This document shows, one piece after another, positions 22,612 to 33,747 of a DNA stretch of 37,237 bases; the stretch's first letter is position 1, and every line of letters starts with the position of its first letter. The DNA is from Octopus bimaculoides. Its lineage: Eukaryota. The position numbers and the translations under genes are program-made. The stretch spans positions 28,635,055 to 28,672,291 of the forward strand of contig NC_068981.1 in the NCBI RefSeq assembly GCF_001194135.2, given 5' to 3'. Below the pieces are notes generated by a model that saw nothing but the letters and a program-made list of their open reading frames with translations, was not told where the DNA came from and did no database searches.

Positions 22612-22978
22612 GTCCATTCCACTCCACCTCCACTCCACCCCACCTCCACTCCACTCCACTCCACCCCACCTCCACTCCACTCCACTCCACCCCANNNNNN
22701 NNNNNNNNNNNNNNNNNNNNNNNNNNNNNNNNNNNNNNNNNNNNNNNNNNNNNNNNNNNNNNNNNNNNNNNNNNNNNNNNNNNNNNNNNNNNNNNNNNNN
22801 NNNNNNNNNNNNNNNNNNNNNNNNNNNNNNNNNNNNNNNNNNNNNNNNNNNNNNNNNNNNNNNNNNNNNNNNNNNNNNNNNNNNNNTCCACCCCACCTCC
22901 ACTCCACCCACATCCACTCCACCCACCTCCACTCCACCCCACCTCCACTCCACCCCACCTCCACTCCACTCCACCCCA
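22612..22978. repeat. (CTCCA/CCCCA)n pentanucleotide satellite spanning a gap
   Basis: Direct reading on both sides of gap 22695-22886. Confidence 0.9.
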
Positions 22979-23285
22979 AACAAAATTCCAGTAGAAAATT
23001 CCAGTAGAAGGTATAGCATTTTGTATAAATACACACTCTTAAGGATTAACTTATAAAAAAAAATAACCCACATACACACGCATATATTACTCAGCTGAAA
23101 AGCTACAAAGCTGAATCGGAGCTAGACATTTTTGCGCATTGGCAATTACAGTACTCGAAACAGTCGGTAGTTGAGTTTCTTTCTTACTTTTACAGCCGAT
23201 AAAAAATGCATTTATATTGACGCTTTGAGTTGTATTTTACAGGTACGTGATACATGCACATCTGTGTGTCTTTGTATGTCTGGGA

Positions 23286-23332
<47 letters not shown>

Positions 23333-24294
23333 TTGAAAGCTAGATATGTGTATCTGTGACGGAGCATGTAAATAATTACTCTGACCTTTAATGCTTTCGT
23401 TTCATTTTAAATAAAACCAGAAGTCCTTGGATAGAAGAATCAGCAAAGTGTTAACCATACTGCATATAATGTCACAATAAATTATATGTTCAAAGTCAAT
23501 CTGAGTACACTTAGCCTTTCAATATTCCGGTGTTGATGAAACAACCAAGTTTTAATACTGGGTGGTGTGGAGTGGTAGTCATTAAAGTAGTTTTTATACT
23601 TTCCAACGAAAAGAAAAACTCCTTGAATTCATGCAACTGTATGTGTGTGCTTATCTGTCTGTCTGTATCTTTGTATGCGTGTATGTATGTATGTATGTAT
23701 GTATGTATGTATGCATGCTTGTCTGTATATGTATATGTATGTATATGTACATGCATGTATGTCTGTAAACATACATATACACATACGCATTTACACACAA
23801 ACACACACACACATAGTATACTGTTCGATTGTTAATTAGTAAAGTTTTTCACGTTCGCAATTCTTTCGCTGATTCCCATGACTCTCTGTTACTCTCCAGT
23901 TCCCTTATAATGAATTTGAATTGAATCTTTCATTGACTGATTACACAACAGTGGACGCAATCCCTAAGAATGCCTTGTATTCACTTTCTTGACAGAGCGC
24001 GATGATTCCGACAGCTGATCTTCTAGCATTCCCCTGCACAGCATCAATGTAAGAAGCAACTTGACTCAGTTGAGCTTTTCCGTTAAATCTTCACAACCCG
24101 TAATTCTGCAGGACACAGTCGTCACTTCGCGAGGTTTTCCAAAATTACCCGCATGCACATACTAAAAAAAAAAAGTGCGGAAGTTAGCTCTTATTTTATG
24201 AATAAATACGTGAGATGCTTCAAGTTTGAAGCTCGGAGAGTGAAGTAATCGTATCGGCTTGCGCAGCGTACCGTGAATAATGCATCAGTTGTTG

Positions 24295-24465
24295 AGACTC
24301 AAATGCTGAGCAGCATTTCGTCTCTCTTTATGTTCTGAGCTCAAATTGTCTTTTATCCTTTCGGTATCATTGGTATGACTAACAGCTAAGCACTAGAAGT
24401 TGATGTAATTGTCTTCCCACCCCTCAAAATCAGCTGACCCTGTACGAAAATTCGAAATAATTATA
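24295..24465 (+). mobile_element. Degenerate SINE-B
   Basis: AAATGCTGAGCAGCATTTCGTCTC..GTTCTGAGCTCAAATT..CTTTTATCCTTTCGG..CCCTGTACGAAAATTCGAAA. Confidence 0.65.
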
Positions 24466-24748
24466 TCGGTTGATTTTCTTGTGTACTCTACGATAAATCA
24501 AGGTGAGTAAACGAAATTTCCCCAAGTACATAAAGTACTGGATTAAACGATAAGCAATCTTTTACTCATATATGTTGTTGACTTTCTTTCTGTATTTCTG
24601 AAGATGGAGAACTTTTTAGTCTACATAATATTAGTTGATTTCGCTGTCAGAAAGAGCTAACTGTTCATATGGGAGAATTAACATGATAGAACAGCGTCTT
24701 ATCCACGCGTGAATTTACCCCTTAACCATTTCATTAACCATTTTAAAA

Positions 24749-24783
<35 letters not shown>

Positions 24784-25649
24784 AGGTTAAGCAGTGATTG
24801 CCAAGAAAACTTCCCCGGGGCACAGATTCATAAATTTCAAGCTTTTTCCGGCTTAGGAAATCATTATTTATCATCGTTCTTGTATTTGGAGTAGATAGCT
24901 TTTACAGCTGCTGTTGCGCATATGTGTTTACGTATAAATCAATTCAACAAAAATAAGTATAATAAACACTGCTTGCTGTTCATCTCTAATAAATAAGTAA
25001 ATAAATAAATAAATAAATAAATAGCCACTGCCTGCTCCAAGTTGATTATTTTCATTCCATCGAAATATCTAAAGATATTGAGGTCAGAATCTTGTCATTG
25101 GCGTGATACTTAATGTGTTGCTTGCAGTGGAAAGACATTTAAACTTCTAGTCCAAATCTTACTCGAGGTTACAGTGACTGCACACAACTTAAAACGCAAT
25201 TGCAGGAAAATAAATTGAATATTTTCTCCAAGGATATCATTTTTTTTTTACTCCGTCCTCTTTTATATGTTCTGTTATCAAAATGTTAGGTCAAACTTTA
25301 AAAAAAATATGAAATCTCTTTTTCCTAAGATTCTCTTCAAATATATTGATTTTATAATGCGTTTGATTTTAGTTTCTAGATTATCCATGAATTCGTTAGT
25401 AGCCAATGTGTCGAGGTTAAATTAAATGTGCGTAGTTACATTAAACGTTTATTTTATTGTTTTAAAAAAGCTATTAAAAGCTAAAGAAAAACAACAAATT
25501 AAAAAAATGACCACATTAGCTTTAAAGCATTCCACTTTAGTGTCCTTATCAGAGAAGCACCTATCACACCGAAAGAATCCTTTCTTTTGCATTCATCTGT
25601 ACACAGAACTATATCTACTGAAGACAACTAGGAAACTGTTATATGGTCA

Positions 25650-25836
25650 CTTGATCTACTAAAGATAGCAGCCAAATCTCGTAAAATTACACTGCAACGA
25701 CTTAAAAAGGGAGGAATGGGGTTCATGAAGTCTCAGATAAATAAGATGAGATATTCACAATTTGAATGCCTTTGATTATGATTTTGTTCTATCAGGGTTG
25801 ACCGGGGTTAACAGCAACAACTACAAAAATGACAAT

Positions 25837-25883
<47 letters not shown>

Positions 25884-25900
25884 CGATAACAGTAACATGA
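25650..25900 (+). mobile_element. Retroposon 3' end (element C) with (AAC)n tail
   Basis: ATAGCAGCCAAATCTC..GAATGCCTTTGATTATG..TCAGGGTTGACCGGGGTTAAC followed by (AAC)n. Partial homologues at 1400-1560 and 28700-28750. Confidence 0.55.
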
Positions 25901-26353
25901 AGAATAATATCAACCCTACTGAAGAAACAAGTTGTGTTCAGTAGTTTTTTTTCTTAATTTAAAAAATAATTGATTAACGGAAGATATTTAAATTCAGACT
26001 GATCCCGTTATACATCGTTGATCGCCATAAACACGTAATGTCTCTGAAATCCTTTGATCATGAACAATCTTTTCATCTGGATTTTGGATTTTAAGTCATG
26101 ATTCTAAGTAACTTAAATTGTTTTCACTGTAATTCTGTTCTTCACTAATGTGCGACATTCGGGCTTTGCACGTCTATCATATACTCGCTACCTGCCACCA
26201 CCACTCCACACATATATGCATGAATGAACGCATGCATGCGTGTGTCTTTGTGAGTGCATGTTCATGTATGTATATACTCCATTTTTTAAAAGTGAACGTT
26301 TTGTATGCAATGACATAATATTCTAATCAAAGATGTGCAGACCATTAAATCAT

Positions 26354-26736
26354 CTCTTTTCCTCTTTTACTTGCTTCAGTCATTTGACTGCAGCCATGCT
26401 GGAGCACCGCCTTTAATCGAGCAAATTGACCCCAAGACTTATTCTTTGTAAGCCTAGTACTTATTCTATCGGCTTCTTTTGCCGAACCGCTAAGTTACGG
26501 GGCGTAAACACACCAGCACCTGTTGTCAAGCGATTTTAGGGGGACAAACACAGACACACAAACACACACATACATATATATACATATACATATATATGAC
26601 AGGCTTCTTTCAGTTTCCGTCTACCAAATCCACTCACACGGCTTTGGTCGGCCCGAGTCTATAGTAGAAGACACATGCCCAAGGTGCCACGCAGTGGAAC
26701 TGAACCCGGAACCATGTGGTTGGTAAGCAAGCTACT
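26354..26736 (-). mobile_element. Near full-length SINE-A (tRNA head, CORE-like CCTTGGGCA, internal (TA/TG)n, 3' module, AAGAG-type tail)
   Basis: On minus: GTAGCTTGCTTACCAACCACATGGTTCCGGGTTCAGTTCC..CCTTGGGCATGTGTCTTCTACTATAG..microsatellite..GGTGCTCCAGCATGGCTGCAGTCAAATGACTGAAGCAAGTAAAAGAG. Confidence 0.92.
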
Positions 26737-27027
26737 AATCTTCACAATAGTTTAAATCTCAGTCAACTTAAGGGTTGTAAAAGCATCAATACCATACTAT
26801 TGAGAAGTCTGCGGTTACTTCATTCGGACTGTGGCTTTGGAATCTTATTAGAGCTTTAGGCTACGCAGTTTAAAACTGCAAGACAAATGTTTAGAAGTTG
26901 GGCCTTACACAATGCGAAAGAATAAGGCAGATACGAAAAATAAGGCTCGAAGTTCAGAGGTTTAGCGTATAATAAATGCATATAGACATTTGTATATATG
27001 TGTAAAAGTGATCATGTATTCATACAC

Positions 27028-27500
27028 ACGCGTGACTGTGTGGTAAGAAGTTTGCTTCATAAACTCATGGTTCCAAGTTCAGTCTCGCTGCGTATCACCT
27101 TGAGCAAGTTTCTTGTACTAGTCTCATGACAACCAAAGCTTTGAAAGTGAATTTGGCAGACGGAAACTGAAATAATCCGGTCGGATTTATATCTGTGTGT
27201 GTGTGTATGTGTGTGTGTGTGTGCGTGTGTGTGTGTGTGTGTGTGTGCACTTGTGTGTTGTCTGCATGTGTATGTCTGTATTTATTTATGTCTCTGTGTT
27301 TGTCTCCAACCACCGCTTGACAACCAGTGCTGGATTGTTTGCGTCCCCGTAACTTACCGGTTCGGCAAAAGACACCGATAGAATAAGTACTAAGCTATTA
27401 AAAACCGTATTCGGGTCAATTGATTCGACTAAAATTTCTTCAATGTGGTGCCCCAGCATAGCCGCAGTCTAAACGACTGAACGCAGTAAAAGATAAAATA
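27028..27500 (+). mobile_element. Full-length, more diverged SINE-A with expanded (TG)n
   Basis: GTGACTGTGTGGTAAGAAG..GGTTCCAAGTTCAGTC..GACGGAAACTGAAA..(TG)n..GCTTGACAACC..GGTGCCCCAGCATAGCCGCAGTC..GTAAAAGATAAAA. Confidence 0.9.
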
Positions 27501-27811
27501 TGTAATAAGCTACGATACTGTGAATGCAGTGCCAATGATGTAGAAATGTCTTGACTGCATCATTATATACGAATAAATACAAAATAAAGTCGTACATTAC
27601 AAACAGGATTAAGTGAATTCATAACGTGTGAATTGTCATTGTTAAAATAACCATCAGATTGTAATTGAATGTTTATTTATGTACATACATTCAAGTATAC
27701 ATGTATACGTACATACATACATACATACATACATACATACGTACGTACGTACGTACGTACGTACATACATACATACATACATACATACATACATACATAC
27801 ATACATACATA

Positions 27812-28225
27812 CAAATTGTTGCTGATGTTGAAATTCCAATGACGGAGCCTCGGATCTAGGTTGGATGTCTTGAAATAAGCTGAATAATGACATACATACA
27901 TACATACATACATACATACATAAGGGGCTTTGGATCTGGGTTAGAAACCGGTTCTTTCTCTATCGGCAAGAAATCTTGAAATAAACTGAATAATGTCATA
28001 CATACATACATACATACATACATACATACATACATGAGCATGTCTAGATATGCAGCTACATGCATGAGAATACATACATAAAACATACACATTTGCACAT
28101 ACATACATACATACAAAAATATCCTGTTGTTGATGTTGAAATTCCAGTGAAGGAGACTTGGAACTAGGTTACAAAAAGCTTCCTATTCTAGTGGCATGAA
28201 ATCTCGAAATAAAGTAAATAATGAC
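27812..28225 (+). mobile_element. Three tandem partial copies of element D separated by (CATA)n
   Basis: Copies at ~27812-27891 (internal deletion), ~27922-27997 (5' truncated) and ~28114-28225. All end in GAATAATG(A/T)C or AAATAATGAC followed by ATACATAC. Confidence 0.8.
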
Positions 28226-28699
28226 ATACATACATATACACATATGAACGCGAAGCGACAGATCGTGTAACTGGAGTAGAAGTCTATTTATCGAAAATAC
28301 GTTGAATGCTATCTCCAACTTCCAACCGTGTTAAAGAACTGGTTAATCTTCTGATGAATTAATCGAGGGCGCCTTTTATTCAAGACCATAGTGATGGAAA
28401 CTCGAATTTACCATGCAGAGAGTTACAACACAACGTGGCTAGACACAACATCAACAACAACAACACAATTGATTAACAGAAAGAAAACAACAGCACAACA
28501 GGTAAACAGATTTTTCTTCTAGCTGTAGTTATAGCAGAAACCGTAATTACAAAACTCACTTTTCGTGACATACACCCTCGGACATACACACAGGACAAAA
28601 GGTACTTATATTCACGTGCATACATACATACATACATACATACACGCACACATACAAACACGCACACAAACAAACACGCACACATACATACATTTTGTC

Positions 28700-28750
28700 A
28701 GGCCATAAGATGTGACTTGAGGAAAATTTGGCTACAATTTCTAGCGCACA
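28700..28750 (-). mobile_element. Short fragment of element C
   Basis: GTGACTTGAGGAAAATTTGGCTACAATTTCTAGC is a reverse-complement match to GCTAGAAATAGCAGC(C)AAAT. Confidence 0.4.
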
Positions 28751-29506
28751 AAACAACCGTGTTCCCTCATTAGCTGTTATTTTAGATTATGTTTTTTGTC
28801 TCTGGGCTAGATAACCTAAATATCCGTGTTTATAGCAGCTGTTCTTTTCCGGATGTATGAGCGATAGAATTTCATTAAATGTGAACTACCATACTATCGG
28901 ACGAGATTGCAGAGAGTGAATAATCGATCTATTCTTTGTTATTGATTTATGCATTTATCTATTTCATTCTCATGATGCTTATATATTTTTTCTATATTGT
29001 AATTAACAGCGTCGAAGAATGGTGAAAATCATTTTATTTCTTACTAGATTGTTTTAAACATGCTCGTATTAATTTGAATTGCTCATTATATGTGCAAGTC
29101 TACATGTGGATGTGTACATGGACGTATGTATACGAACGAGTGAGAACGCTCGCAAATATATACGCGTGTGTGAGTGTATATGCGTATGCGAGGTGTATTT
29201 GTATGTGATATCTGCGTGCGCATCCGCCTCCATTGTTTATCAATTCTTTCAACATGTGACATTATTGATTCTGGACTAGTTTATTGCTTTGTTTAGCCAA
29301 TTCTAAAGTTATGATTTTAAAATAATAGAATTTTAATGAAATGAAAATTGTAACATGCTCATAGCCCAAACAGGTATATATGCACGAATATTCATACATA
29401 TGAAATGCATACATGAATGCTTACAGATGAAATACATACATATTTATGCCTGCGTGCACGCAAAAACTCACATACATACATACACACACATGCATATACA
29501 CATACA

Positions 29507-29540
<34 letters not shown>

Positions 29541-29586
29541 CATACATACATACATACATACATACATACATACAAAGTCTTGAACA

Positions 29587-29812
29587 GCGCAGGAGTGACT
29601 GTGTGGTAAGTAGCTTGCTTACCAACCACATGGTTCCTGGTTCAGTCCTACTGCGTGGCACCTTGGGCAAGTGTCTTCTACTATAGCCTTGGGTCGACCA
29701 AGCCTTGTGAGTGGATTTGGTAGACGGAAACTGAAAGAAGCCCGTCGTATATATGTATATATATGCGTGTATGTATGTTTGTGTGTCTGTGTTTGTTCCC
29801 TTAGCCTTGCTT
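29587..29812 (+). mobile_element. Young SINE-A 5' half running into a gap
   Basis: GCGCAGGAGTGACTGTGTGGTAAGTAGCTTGCTTACCAACCACATGGTTCCTGGTTCAGTCC..CCTTGGGCAAGTGTCTTC..GAAGCCCGTCG-(TA/TG)n. Confidence 0.92.
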
Positions 29813-31459
29813 NNNNNNNNNNNNNNNNNNNNNNNNNNNNNNNNNNNNNNNNNNNNNNNNNNNNNNNNNNNNNNNNNNNNNNNNNNNNNNNNNNNNNNNN
29901 NNNNNNNNNNNNNNNNNNNNNNNNNNNNNNNNNNNNNNNNNNNNNNNNNNNNNNNNNNNNNNNNNNNNNNNNNNNNNNNNNNNNNNNNNNNNNNNNNNNN
30001 NNNNNNNNNNNNNNNNNNNNNNNNNNNNNNNNNNNNNNNNNNNNNNNNNNNNNNNNNNNNNNNNNNNNNNNNNNNNNNNNNNNNNNNNNNNNNNNNNNNN
30101 NNNNNNNNNNNNNNNNNNNNNNNNNNNNNNNNNNNNNNNNNNNNNNNNNNNNNNNNNNNNNNNNNNNNNNNNNNNNNNNNNNNNNNNNNNNNNNNNNNNN
30201 NNNNNNNNNNNNNNNNNNNNNNNNNNNNNNNNNNNNNNNNNNNNNNNNNNNNNNNNNNNNNNNNNNNNNNNNNNNNNNNNNNNNNNNNNNNNNNNNNNNN
30301 NNNNNNNNNNNNNNNNNNNNNNNNNNNNNNNNTATATATATATATATATATCATATAATGAATATTTTTTATTTGTGTGCTTGTGTGTGCGTAAGAATGT
30401 GTGTGCATGCGTGTATTTGTATCTATGTGCGTGTGTGTGTGTGTGTAAGTGTATTTCTGTGTGTGTCGCTTTACTTCCAGATTTCATATTATCTTGCAGA
30501 CCAGTGTATTTAACGCTGAGCATCGTTATATTCTGTTTAATCATAATCTTTTACTTTATATATTTATTTTCAATTCAACGTCTTTGTAATCAATTTCTTA
30601 TGGAAATACATTCTTTGGAAATATATTTTGGATCAGATAACTCATTATGACGAACTGGAAATAATTCTTTGATAATTTTTACTTTTGTTATATTTAAGGA
30701 TAAAATCTATTAAAAATATAGGTTCTTGCACAAATCACGATTTGCGACTGTTTTTTCTTACATATATTTTGTTGTTGTTTTTCTGAACATAATTTATATG
30801 TGGCGCTCGTTGCTATTTTCATCATCCAATTTTTTCTTTTCTCTTTCAATGGTGTGTGGTCGTGTTTTGTTTTTAAATATGTAATAATCTGAATTGCTCA
30901 AGTAAAATTTCTTTTATTCTCATACAGCTTGAAATTCTCCCTCTTTCTCTCATCCTCTTTCTCCCCCTCTCTTTCTTACTTAATATCTCCCTCAGCCAAT
31001 TTCTCTCACACACACTTCGTATCTATCTATTTATCTGTCTATTTATCACACACACGATGTTATATAAGTTTCATATTTTCGTATGAGTTTAGTTTTATAC
31101 TGCTCAATCTCAAACGTTGATGTTGTTCTACTACAAATCAATTCTACTTCTATTAAAGCAGGCCAAAACGTATTGAGTATATCCAGGACTAGATTATTCA
31201 GTAATTCCTTTCTTTTCATTGAAGAGAATAAGCTAGATTTTGAAGAATATAAGTATATCAAATGTAAACCGGTACTATGTAGCTTGGGAATGTAAGAATA
31301 TGACCAGTTTCTATAAACAAGAATATGTTAGTTCACATTTCTCCATAAATGTTTTTTTGTGATTGATTTCAAATTTTCACGCAGTAACTTGCTTAATGCA
31401 CATGAAATGCTGTCTCTATGCAATCTATTATTAACAATCCTTTAATCTGAATCAGGATA

Positions 31460-31680
31460 TACGAGTGGTTGCTGAAACGTTCCTGGCTTTGTGTAAAAGA
31501 GATTACAGCAAAATCAGTTAATTATGATTTTATTCAATATATTTCCCTCTCAGATTCACACACTTATTGCAGCGTTCCTTCAGTTTGTCTGAGATATGTA
31601 AAAGAACTCGGAATGTTTCGACTCGAACAAGGCCTTTCGCGATACCCTTAAAGCCCGGAACTTTTCAGTTTCCCCTCGTA
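31460..31680 (-). mobile_element. Mariner-derived MITE (internal-deletion derivative) with ~30-bp TIRs and TA TSD
   Basis: TA-CGAGTGGTTGCTGAAACGTTCCTGGCTTT at left and AAAGCCCGGAACTTTTCAGTTTCCCCTCG-TA at right. The interior encodes KLKERCNKCVNLRGKYIE* on minus, a mariner transposase C-terminus. Confidence 0.88.
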
Positions 31681-31744
31681 GAGATTTTCACAAAACTCCT
31701 TGGATTCATATGAAGTACTGCCCTATTAATATTAGGACACAAGA

Positions 31745-31950
31745 GGGCAGAGAGTTGACAAAATCGTTATCGCACCGGTATAAATGCTTAGTAGCATTTT
31801 CCCCGACCTTACGTTGAGTTCAAATGCCACCGGGGTCGATTTGCCTTTCATCATTTTGGAGTCGATATAGTAAGTACCAGTTGGTCACTGGGTCGATGTA
31901 ATCGACTAATCTTCTCCCCCGAAATCGATGGCCTTGTGCCTTAAGCATAA
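31745..31950 (+). mobile_element. SINE-B, full length, diverged
   Basis: GGCAGAGAGTTGACAAAATCGTTA..GAGTTCAAATGCC..GCCTTTCATC..GTAAGTACCAG..GGCCTTGTGCC. Confidence 0.85.
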
Positions 31951-32551
31951 AAAAGAGAAGAAAAGAAAACATAATACAGGTTTAATCAATACTTTTTTAT
32001 ATTCCTCTAGGAAGTATATCTTCCCAACTCTAAAAGATTTGGTGGTATGCTTTTTGAAGAATGTCAAACTGAAATTCTTGTGCACAAAAGCATCGTCATT
32101 TTAGGAAAGAATGCAAAACGCTGCATGTGCAATATTAACACACAGAGACACACNNNNNNNNNNNNNNNNNNNNNNNNNNNNNNNNNNNNNNNNNNNNNNN
32201 NNNNNNNNNNNNNNNNNNNNNNNNNNNNNNNNNNNNNNNNNNNNNNNNNNNNNNNNNNNNNNNNNNNNNNNNNNNNNNNNNNNNNNNNNNNNNNNNNNNN
32301 NNNNNNNNNNNNNNNNNNNNNNNNNNNNNNNNNNNNNNNNNNNNNNNNNNNNNNNNNNNNNNNNNNNNNNNNNNNNNNNNNNNNNNNNNNNNNNNNNNNN
32401 NNNNNNNNNNNNNNNNNNNNNNNNNNNNNNNNNNNNNNNNNNNNNNNNNNNNNNNNNNNNNNNNNNNNNNNNNNNNNNNNNNNNNNNNNNNNNNNNNNNN
32501 NNNNNNNNNNNNNNNNNNNNNNNNNNNNNNNNNNNNNNNNNNNNNNNNNNN

Positions 32552-32585
<34 letters not shown>

Positions 32586-32588
<3 letters not shown>

Positions 32589-32748
32589 CAAACGATATTG
32601 GTGTGTTTATGTCCCCGTATCTAGCCGTTCAGCAAAAAAGCCCGATAAAATAAGTACTAAGATTACAAAGAATATTTATTGGGGTCGATTTATTTGGCTA
32701 AAGACGGTGCTCCAGCTTGGCTGCACTCAAATGACTGAAACAAGTCAT
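32586..32748 (+). mobile_element. SINE-A 3' half (5' half probably in the gap)
   Basis: TGACAAACGATATTGGTGTGTTTATGTCCCCGTA..AATAAGTACTAAG..GGTGCTCCAGCTTGGCTGCACTCAAATGACTGAAACAAG. Confidence 0.85.
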
Positions 32749-33588
32749 TTCAAAAGCTATCTGAAATTAGAAATAAGTGAAATTCAATTTGAGCCTCTGA
32801 ATTGTGATGTCATTGGATAAAGAAAATGTGTTATAAAAATGAAATATAAAAGAGAAATATTTAAGAGAAGTCAATTTTGTAGTCAACTATTGATGATGTG
32901 AGTTGATAATGAAATCATAAAAATTGATAATAAATATACAAACGTAAGAATTCTACATTATGACAACTAGAAATCTATACAGAAATATAATCTAAAAAAG
33001 CCATTTTTGAATAGAACTATTGGGGATGTCACTGGATAACCAAAGAATAAAAATTAAAGATAAGAATTCTGCGTTATGAATAATAGAATCTTAGATACTT
33101 TACGTCTCCACAATTAGTTATCTGTTTACTCACATCATCGTAACTAATATCTGAAATTATCATAATTAATAACTGAAATATTTACGTGTCTTTCTGAATT
33201 TATGGTGACATCTTATTGTAAAGTTTCCATTAAAATTCAGTAAAGTTAATTCAGAAGTAATTATATTGTACAAATATTGTACGATTGTCATGACTAATAA
33301 TGGCCCACTTTAAACCATATTTAATGTTCTTATCCTTTAAATCCCAAAATATATTTACTAAAATTCGAAGAATTACTTTTTCTTCTATATTTAAATGAAT
33401 GAAAATGATTATAAAATCAATATTTTCAAATTGTAGCAAACGAATCAATATAATAATATTTACGATCTCCACTAATTACCTTACACTGATATACTATATT
33501 TTGCCTTAAGCATTGATTTTCTTAAGTCCACCCTNNNNNNNNNNNNNNNNNNNNNNNNNNNNNNNNNNNNNNNNNNNNNNNNNNNNNN

Positions 33589-33621
<33 letters not shown>

Positions 33622-33623
33622 AT

Positions 33624-33747
33624 AAGACTTGAAGACAATATACATTATATCGATAGACTATTATTTGTGGGTTTTGGTCATATATATATATGACCAAAAC
33701 CCACAAATAATAGTCTATCGATATAATGTATATTGTCTTCAAGTCTT
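33624..33747. repeat. Perfect 124-bp palindrome centred on (TA)n
   Basis: AAGACTTGAAGACAATATACATTATATCGATAGACTATTATTTGTGGGTTTTGGTCATATAT followed by its exact reverse complement. Confidence 0.95.
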
